Source: Chiloscyllium plagiosum (lineage: Eukaryota). Taken from it: DNA of 55,517 bases. The DNA is taken from NCBI RefSeq assembly GCF_004010195.1, contig NC_057740.1, forward strand, positions 33,138,165 to 33,193,681. Direction: 5' to 3'. Below the pieces are notes generated by a model, which had not been told where the DNA came from, did no database searches, and saw only the letters and a list, made by a program, of their open reading frames with translations. Of this stretch, positions 39,071 through 51,735 are shown piece after piece. Position 1 is the first letter of the stretch. Each line of letters begins with the position of its first letter. Made by a program: the position numbers and the translations under genes.

Positions 39071-40134
39071 CATTGAATGTTTTATTCCTTTGCTTCTTTT
39101 GCTTTCTTTTTTCCTTTTTCTGTTTCCACTTTAGCGCGCACATTTTATTTTATGTTTCTATTTTATCTTTCTCTTCATTCTCTTCATCTTTTCCTTTTCC
39201 ATTACTTTTCAGCATCAGCTTTCCAAAGTGTGAGTCAATACTGGGTGTGAGAGTGGTGCAAGACCAATATGTCAAGAATCATTTAACTGCAAGTTAGTTT
39301 GGATAAATGAATATCTACAGCTTGGTTTGGCTTATCAAGTGACTTGAAATTATCCGACACATAAATAGAAGAGAAGGCACAATTACAGAAAGTACAACCT
39401 TTCCAATGATCCACCTGGTTTCTGCTAGAGAAAAAAATAGTTGAACACGTAGAGGAACAACATTAGCTGCTACAAATAGCCAGTTATGTCAAATCTCTAC
39501 AGGTCCTTGTAGTTTTCAACCAAAGTAACACTGAAATGCCAATTGGAACATGAAAGAACTACAACAGCCTTCAGGGCCAACACCTATACAACTGTAATAC
39601 AAAGCGTAGTTTATCATTCTTATAAATAGGTAAGGATTAAATGTTCAGACCATTTGGGGTGCTCTACAACTTGCTGAAACAAAGGCCTTGAGATTTTTAA
39701 GCACATAACTGTTATGACATGGGGTAAACCCTCCTGCTTTTAATTTGAACCAACAACACAGAAAAGATTTATCCCATGCAGTAACCTGTGAAAATTCGAG
39801 AGATCAAGAACTATTTAAAGTAAAATTTAATAACTTTATTTCTTAAAGTATAACAGAGAATAATTAACTGACAACTATTTACAACTCCTTTCTCTAACCT
39901 ATCTTTTACCTTCCCCTTCTATAATACTAGTCCGATAAAACTCCTGATTAAAATTTACAAAACAAAACTTCTTATCTCAAAACCAGGCAGCTTTCAGTTC
40001 TTTTCTGTATTCCTGTCTTCTTTTCTTCTTCTTGGGGATTCTGCCTCACCGCTTAATGATTGATGAAGGTACCTTTAAGTGAGTTGTGTTTTCTGATAGT
40101 TTCTGCATGCTGGCTTGGCAGTTCTCTCAATTGT

Positions 40135-40476
40135 TGAAACTTTATTGCTGGAACAGCACAGCAAGTCAGGCAGCATCCAGGGAATAGGAGATTCGACGTT
40201 TCAGGCACAGGCCCTTCTTCATTTCCTGAAGAAGGGCCTGTGCCCGAAACGTCGAATCTCCTGTTCCCTGGATGCTGCCTGACCTGCTGTGCTGTTCCAG
40301 CAATAAAGTTTCAACTTTGATCTCCAGCATCTGCAGACCTCACTTTCTCCTCTTGGGTCAGTTCTCCAGCTGGTGAGTAGGACCCCTGTTGTCTTCATTA
40401 AATGTCCCCCCTGGAATCATAATGGTACAGAAAGTCAGTTGGCTTATTAAATCTGCAGACCTCACTTTCTCCTCCA
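40135..40476. mobile_element. Fold-back PLE insertion with captured segment
   Basis: 15-bp direct repeat agttctctcaattgt (40120, 40477), ~90-bp inverted arms, intact + strand core at 40226-40253. Confidence 0.88.
40222..40260 (+). ncRNA. Minimal type-I hammerhead ribozyme motif (PLE-associated)
   Basis: CUGAAGA-a-GGGC cugu GCCC-GAAAC-GUC, with palindromic ACGU helix III and a GUC cleavage triplet. Activity is untested. Confidence 0.65.
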
Positions 40477-42355
40477 AGTTCTCTCAATTGTCCAATCCTC
40501 CCTGGTCTTAAACCCCCTGAGCATCAGATTGTGTCATTGGCTTTTAAGATTGTCACTATACTAAATTCAAACTTGATTGAGATTTAGTATTTTCGGAGGA
40601 TAATTTAAACTGATTGGCCAAATTCAAATTTGTTTTTGTCTCATAGCAACTCAGCCAGTGCTATCTGTTCTGAACCAAATGTTACATTGTAAATTCTCCA
40701 GCACTTGGTATGCTTGTCAAGTCCTTCACTCTCTTAAAGGTACAATACACTTCTACACCTTCATAACATTACCAGGTCCACAAATATTCTGTAATTAATT
40801 ACTTTATGACTATCACATAAATTCACAAGCCTATTTGTGCATAGCGAGATCACACAAGCAGTAAAAGAGATAAATCACGAGTTAATCTGTTTGGGTAGGA
40901 ATGGTGGGTAAATAATTTTAGAGTGGAGACCAGAATAAATGTTTTTCCTTGAATTATGCTATGGGATCATTACATTCACTACAGCAACTACCACCTCAGT
41001 TAAACATATCATCCAAAATGCACTATTGTATAATGGCACAGGCTGGAGGCTGGACGCTGGATGCTGGACTGGTACTATTCAGGGCAGTAAGATGATGTCA
41101 TGACAAGTGAGTTTCCAGATAAAAGATTAAGGTCACTAAACTCAGTGCAATGATCTTCATCTATTGTATTCAGTCTGTGTGTGTATGTGTGTGTTTGAGA
41201 GAGAGAGAGGTGTATCACTAAGTCAGTAAGCACAAAGTGCATGTGATTTATATGCACAAACTAAGTGTAAGGCTGAGATACCATTTCAATGTAATAGGTT
41301 AGTGTTGCTAACAAATTTCAGGACATCTGTATCAAAACACAGGAATTGTCTAGGAAATTGAAGATTCCAATGGGCAATTCCCTCTGAGATAACCTCTTAA
41401 TGACAGAATTCAGGAAGTTCCATTTCCATTAAGTTACTGGTTACCCAAAAAAAGTTAGACAATTAAAAGACTTGTCTATCTCCTGGGTAACTAATAAGTT
41501 GACCTCCTCCAATTTATACCCACTCCCCAACCACACACACACTTCCCAAATACTTCTTTCCAAGACCCCTGACCATTTGCTGAGAGAGAGGGGGAGAAAA
41601 ACAGGTGTTTAAAGATTAAGGGCTCATCTGCAAAGTTAGCTGGGCAATAAAATTCACTTCAGCCCAAATGGATCTGGTCCAGAACCCGAACTGTGGCTCC
41701 TATTCCTGTCACCACCCGTGAGATATCTTGAAAGACACAGATTAAGTGCTAATGTTTCACAAGTTTGATGATAGATTCCTGACAAATCACACTTGAAGAT
41801 TGGGAAATTGGTTAATCGTAAAAAACTCAGTGACACCTGTCGAACCAAACCTATGCAGATATCAGTAGCTTCAGGAAAGGAAGGGCGAGGTTCAAAGAAG
41901 AAGAATGAATGCTTCCCCTAGGTGGCTATCAAGAACAGTAACATGGCTAGAGTTCAAAAGGCTGATTTAATGATATGTAGACATGGGTTGAAATACCACC
42001 AGCAACTGGAGAATGTGAATTGACAAAACTATCATAATGATGATGATTTAACTACCTGATTGTTGTAAAAATATATCTAGTTCATTAATTCCATTTTGTA
42101 ACCTGCTGGTCTGTTCTATATTTGACATCAGCAACATGCTTGACTTTAAACGGTCTCCCGAAATGGCCTAGCAAGCCACTTAGTTATGAACAATAAATGC
42201 CAGCTTTGCCAGCAACATTCTCATTCCCGTGAGTGAATAAAGGAAAGTTAAGGGTTGATGAGGACAGCAGCAAGTCTCAATTGCAGATCCAAGACAGGGT
42301 GGATGATGCAGGTTTCCTATTGGTGCACCCTAGCTAATTCTATTCTTTCTTACAG

Positions 42356-42409
42356 TTTTCCCAACACCGGAACCAGAACCAGTCATAGCCACAACCTCAA
42401 GGCATAAAA
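42356..42409 (+). CDS. Probable paralog exon (VFPTPEPEPVIATTSRHK), symmetric phase 1
   Basis: Branch gctaat plus tctattctttcttacag, 54 nt open, donor A|GTAAGT, phase-compatible with 36917 and 49832. Confidence 0.55.
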
Positions 42410-43275
42410 GTAAGTTCAGGTTAAATGAAGGGCATTAATTAGAACACAAAAAGTTCAATTATAGAGTGATAGTATCATACAGCATGGAAACAGACCCCGC
42501 AGACCAAATAGTCCACACCAACTATGTTCGCAAACTCAACCCATCCCACTTGCCTGTATTTGGCCCTTATCCCTCCAAGCCTTTCCTATTCATGTACTTA
42601 TTCAAATGTCTTTTAAATGTTGTCACTGTACCTGCATCCATCACTTCCTCTGGCACTTCATTCCACATGAACCACTGTGTAAAATGGTTGCCCCTCATGC
42701 CCTTTATAAATTTTTCTCCTCTCACCTTACAAATATGTCCCCTAGTTTTGATCTCCCTCTCCCTAGGAAAATTACTCTTCTTGTTCACCTTATCTATATC
42801 CTTCATGATTTATACATCTCAATGTCAACCCTAAACCTCCTACGCTCCAGTGAAAAAGTCCCAGTCTATCCAGCATCTCCCTTGAATTCAAACCTTCCTG
42901 TCCCAGTAACATCCAGGTAAATCTTTTAGAACCCTCTCCAATTTAATAATATCCTTCCTATGACAGGGCGACCAGAACTGCACACAGTACTCCAGAAGAG
43001 GCTTCATCAACATCCTGTAAAACATGACATCTCAACTTCTGTATTCAAAGGACTGAGTAATGAAAGTAAGTGTGCTAAACACCTTCTTAATCACCCTGTC
43101 TACTGTCATGCAAATTTCAAAGAATTATGTACCTGAACCCCTAGGTCTCTGTTCTACAGCCCTCAAATGTATAAGTCCGGCTCTTATTTGTTTTACCAAA
43201 ATGCAAAACCTCACATTTATCCAAGTCAAACTCCATCTGCCTCTCTTCAGCCATTGACTCAATTGATAAAGATCT

Positions 43276-45062
43276 TCAAAGTTTGTGCAAAGATTTGTAG
43301 CTCGGGTGCTCGTTGTTGTGGTTCTGTTCGCCGAGCTGGGAATTTGTGTTGCAGACGTTTCATCCCCTGTCTAGGTGACATCCTCAGTGCTTGGAAGCCT
43401 CCTGTGAAGCGCTTCTGTGATCTTTCCTCCGGCATTTGTAGTGGTTTGAATCTGCCGCATCCGGTTGTCAGTTCCAGCTGTTTGCTGCAGTGGCTGGTAT
43501 ATTGGGTCCAGGTCGATGTGCTTGTTGATTGAATGAGTGGATGAGTGCCATGCCCCTAGGAATTCCCTGGCTGTTCTCTGTTTGGCTTGTCCTATAATAG
43601 TAGTGTTGTCCCAGTCAAACTCCTGTTGCTTGTCATCTGTGTGTGTGTGTGTGTGGCTACTAAGGATAGCTGGTCATGTCGTTTCGTGGCTAGTTGGTGT
43701 TCATGGATGCGGATCATTAGCTGTCTTCCTGTTTGTCCTATGTAGTGTTTTGTGCCGTCCTCGCATGGGATTTTGTACACTACATTGGTTTTGCTCATGC
43801 TGGGTATCGGGTCCTTTTGTCCTGGTGAGCTGTTGTCTGAGAGTGGCTGTTGGTTTGTGTGCTGTTATGAGTCCTAGTGGTCGTAGTAGTCTGGCTGTCA
43901 GATCAGAAATGTTCTTGATGTATGGTAGTGTGGCTAGTCCTTTGGGNNNNNNNNNNNNNNNNNNNNNNNNNNNNNNNNNNNNNNNNNNNNNNNNNNNNNN
44001 NNNNNNNNNNNNNNNNNNNNNNNNNNNNNNNNNNNNNNNNNNNNNNNNNNNNNNNNNNNNNNNNNNNNNNNNNNNNNNNNNNNNNNNNNNNNNNNNNNNN
44101 NNNNNNNNNNNNNNNNNNNNNNNNNNNNNNNNNNNNNNNNNNNNNNNNNNNNNNNNNNNNNNNNNNNNNNNNNNNNNNNNNNNNNNNNNNNNNNNNNNNN
44201 NNNNNNNNNNNNNNNNNNNNNNNNNNNNNNNNNNNNNNNNNNNNNNNNNNNNNNNNNNNNNNNNNNNNNNNNNNNNNNNNNNNNNNNNNNNNNNNNNNNN
44301 NNNNNNNNNNNNNNNNNNNNNNNNNNNNNNNNNNNNNNNNNNNNNNNNNNNNNNNNNNNNNNNNNNNNNCCGTTACATCGAATGAGACCATAGTTTCTTC
44401 CTTGTCTATGTGTATATTTCTGATGATGTCCAAGAATTCCTGTGTTGACTGTATAGAGTGTCTGGATCCACTGATCAGGTGTTTCAGTTTCTGCTGTAGT
44501 TCTTTAGCCAGTTTGTGTGATGGTGTCCCTGGTAGTGATACAATGGGTCTGAGTGGGATATGAGTCTGACTCATAACAGCACACAAACCAACAGCCACTC
44601 TCAGACAACAGCTCACCAGGACAAGGACCCAATACCCAGCATGAGCAAAACCAACGTAGTATACAAAATCCCATGCAAGGACGGCACAAAGCACGACATA
44701 GGACAAACAGGAAGACAGCTAACGATCCGCATCCATGAACACCAACTAGCCACGAAACAACACGACCAGCTATCCTTAGTAGCCACACACACACACACAC
44801 ACACAGATGACAAGCAACAGGAGTTTGATTGGGACAACACTACTATTATAGGACAAGCCAAACAGAGAACAGCCAGGGAATTCCTAGAGGCATGGCACTC
44901 ATCCACTGATTCAATCAACAAGCACATCGACCTGGACCCAATATACCAGCCACTGCAGCGGACAGCTGGAACTGACAACTGGAAGCGGCAGATTCAAACC
45001 ACTATAAATGTCGGAGGAAAGATCACAGAAGCGCTTCACAGGAGGCTCCCAAGCACTGAGGA
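43276..45062 (-). mobile_element. Penelope-like retroelement (RT + GIY-YIG), 5'-truncated with an inverted copy
   Basis: NVVYKIPC...YIGQTGR...RIHEH (GIY-YIG) and PLRPIVS...MVSFDVT (PLE RT); inversion at ~44565; 12-bp direct repeat tgataaagatct (43264, 45063). Confidence 0.93.
43947..44369. other. Assembly gap (N run)
   Basis: 423 N characters. Confidence 1.
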
Positions 45063-46269
45063 TGATAAAGATCTCTTTGTAATCTTAGATAACTTTCTTC
45101 ACTGTCCACTATAACACCAATTTTGGTGTCATTTGCAAATTTACTAACCATGCCTCTTATTTTCTCATTCAAGTCATTTATATAAATGACAAACAAAAGC
45201 GGACCCACTACTGATCCCTCTGGAACACCACTGGTCCCAGGCCTCAAGAGTGAAAAACGACCCTCCTCCACCACTCTGTCTCCTCCTATCAAGCCAATTT
45301 TGTATCCAATCAGCAAGGTCACCCTGAATCCCATGTGATACAACTTTGACAAGATTCCACATGGTAAACTAATTAGTGCAGGCTTTACTGAACAATGTGT
45401 ACTGCTCTGTCTTCTTCAATCTTTTTGGTTACTTCCTCAAAAAACGTCACCTTTGTCTCACAGACTTGACTATCTCATTTCATGCCTTTGCCCTCCTGAC
45501 TTCTCTTTTAAGAATACCATGGCATTCTATACTCTTGAAGAGATTCATTTGATTCTAGTTGTCTATATTTAATATGATTCTTTCTTATTCTTGACCAGAA
45601 CCTCAATATCTTTGTTCATCCAATCTTCCCAACTCTTACCAGCCTTGCCCTTCATTCTAACAGGAACATAATGCCTCTGAACTCTCATTATCTCACAACT
45701 GAAAGCCTCCCACTTGTCAGTCATCCCTTTACCTGCAAAATGTCTACTTCAGTTGACATTTGAAAGTTCTTGTCTCATACCATTAAAATTTGCCTTACTC
45801 CAATTAAGGACTTCAACTTTTATGGAAGGCTCATCCTTTTCCAAAACTATTTTAAAACTGTTATGATTATTAGTCCCAAAGTGTTTCCCTGCTAACACTT
45901 CAGTCACTTGTCCTGCCTTATTTCCTAAGAGAAGGTCAAGTTTCATTCCTTCTCTAGTGGGTACATATTTACATATTGATAAAGAAAATTTTGCTAAACA
46001 CATTTAACAAATTTTTTCTGACTATCCAAACCTTTATCACTATGGTAGTCCTAGTCCATGGTTAGAAAGAAATCCCCTTCTATTCCAACTTTATTATTCA
46101 TACATTTATTTGAGATCTCGCTACATATTTGCTCCACAATTTCTCTCTGAATATTGAGGGCCTTTTACAACCCCATTAAGGTGATCTTCCCTTTCTTATT
46201 TCTAATTTCTACCCGTATAGTTTCAGTGGATAATGTCTCAGAAATATCCTCTCTACTTACAGTAGTAGT

Positions 46270-46451
46270 CATGATGTAGAGATGCCGGTGTTGGACTGAG
46301 GTGTACAAAGTTAAAAATCACACAACACCAGGTTATAGTCCAACAGGTTTAATTGGAAGCACTAGCTTTCAGAGGAGCGACGGTCCAAAAGCTAGTGCTT
46401 CCAGTTAAACCTGTTAGAATATAACCTGGTGTTGTGTGGTTTTTAACTTTG
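46270..46451. mobile_element. Fold-back short PLE insertion (2793 family)
   Basis: ~75-bp inverted arms; 10-bp direct repeat tacagtagta (46258, 46452). Confidence 0.85.
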
Positions 46452-49015
46452 TACAGTAGTAATGTTTTCCTTAATCAAAAATGTCACTCCCCTTCCTGTT
46501 GTGTCTCCCTTTTTGTCTATCCCTCCTAAAGCATCTACATCCCAAAACATTGAGTTGTCAATCTTGTTCTCCTCTCAGTCAAGTTTCTATAATAGTTATG
46601 ATGTCCCATGTTTCCATACATATCCTGAGTTCATCAGCCTTACTTGTAAAACTCTCTGCATTGAAATAAATAGTTTAATTCTTCAGAATTACATCATTAC
46701 CTGATTTGCTCTTATCTGCCTTTTCTAATGAACTTGTCCTTTTCTGATTCAGAACCATTCCTTTCTGTGTTTCTACTTTTACTGCTGCTTAGTAATCTCC
46801 CCCTTACTAGTTTAAAATCTCTGAAATAGAATGAGCAAATCTCCCTGCCAGGATGTTGGTCCCTTTCCAGTTCAGGTGAAACCCATCCCTTTGAACAGGA
46901 CTTTCCTGCCCCAGAAAAGATCCCAATGATCCAAACATTTGAATCCTTGCACATTGCACCATCTCTTTAGCCACTGATTTATCTGCCCTATCTTTTTATT
47001 CCTACTCATTAGAATGTGGCACCTGGAGAAAACCAAACTACTGCCTTTGAGGTTATGCTTTTTCATCTTCTATCTAACCTCTTATATTCATTCTGCACAG
47101 CCTTAACCCTTTCCCTAATTATGTCGCTCCTACTAATGTGGACAACAACTTCTGGTTTCTCACTTTCCCCTGAGATAGTATGCTGCAACTGTTTTGAGAC
47201 GTCCTTCATCCCTGGCACCAGGAAGGCAACAATACTCTTCTAGATTCATGCTATTGGCCACAGAATCTCCTGTCTGTGCCCCGACAGGAGAGTCCCCTAT
47301 AACAATTATTCTTTTAAATCTTTACAAACCCCACTTAACCTAAGATTCATTCTTAGTGCCCATGATCTGACTGCTACTTCTATTTTTTTTCTCCAAGAGT
47401 CTGTCCCAAAACGGAATATCTATTTGAGAGAGGAATAGTTACAGGAGACTTTAGAATTACCTTTTTACCTTTTCTGTTGTCACCCATCTATCTGACCCTG
47501 CTGTGTAACCACCTCTCTGAATCTACTAACCATCACACTCTGCGTCTCTTGAATGTCCACAGTGACACTAAACCTAAAAAGATGAAGCTCTTAAAAGCAC
47601 CTCATATATTAAAAATACTACCTTTCCTTACCCACAGACTTTAATCATAAGCATGCAAACGATTTTTAAAAAGTAAACATTTAAACCTTTTTTTAAAAAA
47701 TCAAGCATTTAGCTGAAACTATCATCAACTGAAAAAAGACCTCATCGTCAAATCCTCTATCAGTCAACTTTCAAACCTCCACATAAACAAGAAAAGTCTG
47801 TCCAGAGCCATTGAACAAACATGTGGTGGGCCTTTCCCATAAACTCCATGTGTAAACTAATCTCACATTCTTTGCAATTTTTAAAACATTTTCATGTATT
47901 TCTTTAACTATAGAAGTTTCAAACAAGTGAAAACAAAACCCTCTCTAGATCAACACTTGACAAACACTTGGAGGTCTCTCCCACAAACTCTGTGGGGAAA
48001 AAATTCTCCTCCTTTGCACTTTCTTTTCTGTACCTTATTTTTTGGACTAGTAAAGTTTCAAAAACTGATTTAAAATAAAACTTTTCTGTTTCTGCTGTAT
48101 AATAACCATAAGAAATCCACAAGAAATGCCTGTAACTCAGGAGCAGCTGCAAGATCCAAGCTGCTCTTGTTTCACCTTTTTTTTTGGGAGGGGTACGTTT
48201 AGTATCATATCGACTCCAGCAGAGTTTTATTGAAACAGGGATCAGTGTGTTAACTATGAGCTTATATACATATTATATTCTAATATCTGCTATCATATCT
48301 TCCTTGTAATAATCAGTAAGTGGACATGCCTATAACATTTCTCAATCAATTTTCAAAGCCTAGGTATCATGGATAATGGGCAGACCCATTGCCCACCACA
48401 GAATTATGCTAAGCTAGTACATTTTCAGTCTTTGAATAATATACTTTTATTTATCAAGCTACGAATGATTTAAAACTCACTGACGTTAATATACAATATT
48501 TTTGAATGCAATCTATCCATTTGCCAACCTCCTAAAATTGAGAGCAACCTAAGGAGGAATACTACTTTGTCACTTGGTGGGGAAGCATGTTGCAGAGAAT
48601 GATCTGAAAGCAAACAATTTCCAGTTTCTATTCCTCAATTAAAAGTCCCTAATAAACAACATCACATCTAATATCACTTCTGACTCAGTCACTCTTCCTC
48701 AACTTAACTTACTCCAATTACTCCTGTATCAACAATGAATGTTACTCTATTGATACTTCTTAATTCAAATTATTACACTTCTTTACAATAAAACAAAGAA
48801 CTGCAGATGTTGGAAATCTGAAACAAAAGCAGAAATTGACCAAGAAACTCAGGAGGTCTGGCAGCATCTTTGGAGAGGAAGCAGAGTTAACATTTCAAGT
48901 CCAGTGGCCCTCTAGTTCTGAAGAAGTGTTTCTCCAACAATTTCTGTGTTTGATTAAATTTCTTTTTAGTTTCCACTTTCCTTTCTTTGAATTTTATTTC
49001 ATTCAAGCTAAGACA

Positions 49016-49301
49016 GGTGGCACAGTGGCTCAGTGGTTAGCCATAGTGCCAGGGTCCTGGGTTCAATTCCACTTGCAGGTAACTGTCTGTATTGAGTTTG
49101 CACATTCTCCCTGTGTCTGTGTGGTTTTCCTCCCACAGGCCAAAGATGTGCAGGTTAGGCGGATTGGCCACGCTAAGTTGCCATAGTATTCAGGCTCAGT
49201 GGATTAGCCATGGAAAATGCAGGGTTATAGGGATGCTGTTCAGAGGTTGGTGTGGACTCGATGGGCTAAATGTCCTGCTTCCACACTATAGGGATTCTAT
49301 G
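49016..49301 (+). mobile_element. HE1-type shark SINE
   Basis: ggtggcacagtggctcagtggttagc...ggttcaattcc...gagtttgcacattctcc and a gattctatg tail. Confidence 0.88.
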
Positions 49302-49443
49302 GTTTCATCCTATGAACACTGAGACTTTGCTGCAATGAATAAGTCTGCTACCTTTCAACAGAAATATTTCATTTTTTATAACAAATCCTGCAAATGCCTA
49401 AACTAATTGTTTATGATTTAGTTGCCTGCCCAAGCCTCAAAAC

Positions 49444-49708
49444 CATTTTGTTGAAGCTTTTCACTGTTTACTCATCGGGACAATTTGCAAGAAATACTAA
49501 TGTAAGGGGTAAGGAACATCTGTACTGAATGTGAGGAGGGTGCTGATTGGCTGGCAAGTGGATTGGTAGAGGCAGTGTTGTATTAAGAATCCACTGGCCA
49601 ATTAATCAGCATTCCCCTTTCATATGGTATAAATGTTGTTTTCCCTTTACATTCATATTTCTTGCGGGTTATCCTGACGAGTACAAGATGAAAAGCTTCA
49701 ACAAAATG
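49444..49708. repeat. Palindromic element with hammerhead-like core
   Basis: 20-bp perfect outer inverted repeat cattttgttgaagcttttca, imperfect pairing throughout, CTGACGA (49674)...GAAAAGCTTC. Confidence 0.7.
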
Positions 49709-49831
49709 TCTTTCTTCAGTAATGCTCAGACTCTGTAATTGGAAATGATTATTGACCTGGATAAGACTGAAATGCCTTGTTCAGACATGTTATTGAAGTG
49801 CCCCTTTTATTGTTGACCTTTTGTATTTCAG

Positions 49832-49881
49832 TGATCAAAAAAAACGTGAATTCAATCTTCAAAAGATCAAAGAAAAAGTGA
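49832..49881 (+). CDS. Probable paralog terminal exon ((M/V)IKKNVNSIFKRSKKK*)
   Basis: Acceptor cttttgtatttcag, phase 1, TGA at 49879-49881, AATAAA at 49937-49942. Lysine-rich tail similar in length to the recalled REEP5 last exon. Confidence 0.55.
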
Positions 49882-51269
49882 GAACCCCACAGTGAATGGG
49901 TCAACTCTAAGACTACATATGCCCCAAACTCTCTGCAATAAAATACACAGTGGCTACATGGATGAAGTTGATTGGCGACGCTTGTGGGCATCCTTAAACA
50001 GATCGTCCTAGAAGCAATATATTTTCAGAACAGGCTTTTCGCTGGCAGGAATTTTATACACAATTTGATTATTCGTGATCTGAAATAAATGATATTTTTA
50101 CTATAATCGCTATCATTAAAATTAGTAAGTGTAATGATACAGAAGTAAAGATCAGAAATTAAAAACATTAACCTTTTCCAGTTGTTCAGCTGCTTTGTGC
50201 ATTGTTTCCTGTGACACTGAGCAATGGACAACAGGAGGAGGTGATGTGCCAGAAATTAAACTTGTTGAATGGTATCAATTGCAAAATGGGCTGGAAAATT
50301 TCTTTCTGAGCAAGACCATTCCATGATTCTATGCAGTTAGTTCATCATAGTCAGTACCACAATATGACATACACTATTAACCTCATTGTCTATAATTAAA
50401 GCCATGCTGAAAGTGTACTTCTGTGGATGTTGAATGAGGGTAGGACTTCGCTCAGTTATGAGTCCCACAAAAGTCAAACCATATGCTAAGACTTGCTATT
50501 TCTGCCAGCATCTCATGATTACTTGTTTGAAGTGCTATACACTGGCCAGTCTCTTTGAACAGGCCACAAGCAAGACCACTCTGGAAAAAAATTTAAGAGG
50601 GAGAAAAATTAATTTATACATTTCAGAATTGCAATGTTGTACATCTACCAGCAGAGGCCATCAGAGTATTTACATAACCTGCTCAGAGCTGCTAAGGGCT
50701 GTTAGTGCGGAAATCATTGTCACAGTTTCGGGGTAGAAGGCATTTAGGAATGCTGTACAGAGATTAGCCTCCTTTTTCTCTTTACCGAGATGGCACAGTT
50801 TCCCCAGGGAAACAAAAACCTCCAGCTGAGACAAGGGAGAGAATTTGAACCAAACTCACTGCTGGGAAAAACCCAATGATTCAATTGAGATTTACACAAG
50901 ATTTAACTGGGGAAATCGATAGACAGCAAAATCACACAGGATGTGAAACCAACATTCAACGTGATTCAGTCAGTTTCCCAATGTTAGGTTCTGTTAAAGT
51001 TGCCCGATTTGCACTTTTTCTGGTTGGAAAGGCTGCTGACCGATTTGGGATTGATCTGCAATCCGCAGAGGGGAGAGAGAAAAGGAAATGAACAGGGTGG
51101 TCTTACCGAAGTGTACAAGATAAATCTGGCAGGTCTGTGCTATTCACAAGGTTAACTTTTTTTATTCATAGAGTGAAAAGTCACAGTCAACACATGATCT
51201 GTGTTTGATTACAAGGCTGCAGTGTTGGGCCTTTCTTCCTCTGGCTCCAGCTAGATTGCACACAACTGT

Positions 51270-51735
51270 TGTTCTATCTGGATGTAATTTTGTTCACTGA
51301 GCTGGAAGGTTTGTTTTCAAATGTTTCGTCACCATACTAGGTAACATCATCAGTGAAGCACTGGTGGTATGGCCCACGTTTTATTTATGTGTTTAGGTTT
51401 CCTTGAGTTGGTGATGTCATTCCCTGTTCTTTTTCCTCGGGGGATGGTAAATGGGATCCAAGTCAGTATGTTTCTTGATAGAGTTCTGGTTGGAATGCCA
51501 TGCTTCTCATGCGGTGTCTCTTGGCTTGACCAAGGATGGATGTGTTGACCCAGTCGAAGTGATATCTGTATGTAAAGATACTAATGAGAGTGGGTTGTGT
51601 CTTTTTGTGGCTAGTTGATGGTCATGTATCTTGGTGGCTAGTTTTCTGCCTGTTTGTTACAATTATTGCAAGGTATTTTGTAAATGACATTAGTTTTGCT
51701 TGTTGTCTGTATAGGGTCTTTCAAGTTAATTAGCT
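51270..51735 (-). mobile_element. PLE GIY-YIG / 3' fragment
   Basis: LKDPIQTTSKTNVIYKIPCNNC on the minus strand. Confidence 0.8.

Larger units (their letters stand above)
39710..40768. mobile_element. Probable solo LTR with nested PLE insertion
   Basis: Perfect 8-bp inverted termini tgttatga...tcataaca (TG...CA) and a near 4-bp target duplication taac/ttac. Confidence 0.65.
42461..47560 (-). mobile_element. Long degenerate CR1-type LINE interrupted by two PLE insertions
   Basis: 3' end at 42461, RT motif GVPEGSVVGPLLFVIYINDL (~45200), endonuclease LDLLLGN (~45920), ORF1 esterase-like INQWLKRWC...FKCLDHWDLFWGR (~46900). Confidence 0.85.

Noticed and set aside
43537-44706. Long ORFs of 213-282 aa
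   Set aside because: They are inflated by the N gap; only the PLE RT and GIY-YIG fragments are meaningful.
49016-49090. tRNA gene
   Set aside because: The A/B boxes belong to a SINE head followed by a SINE body and tail; there is no complete cloverleaf.
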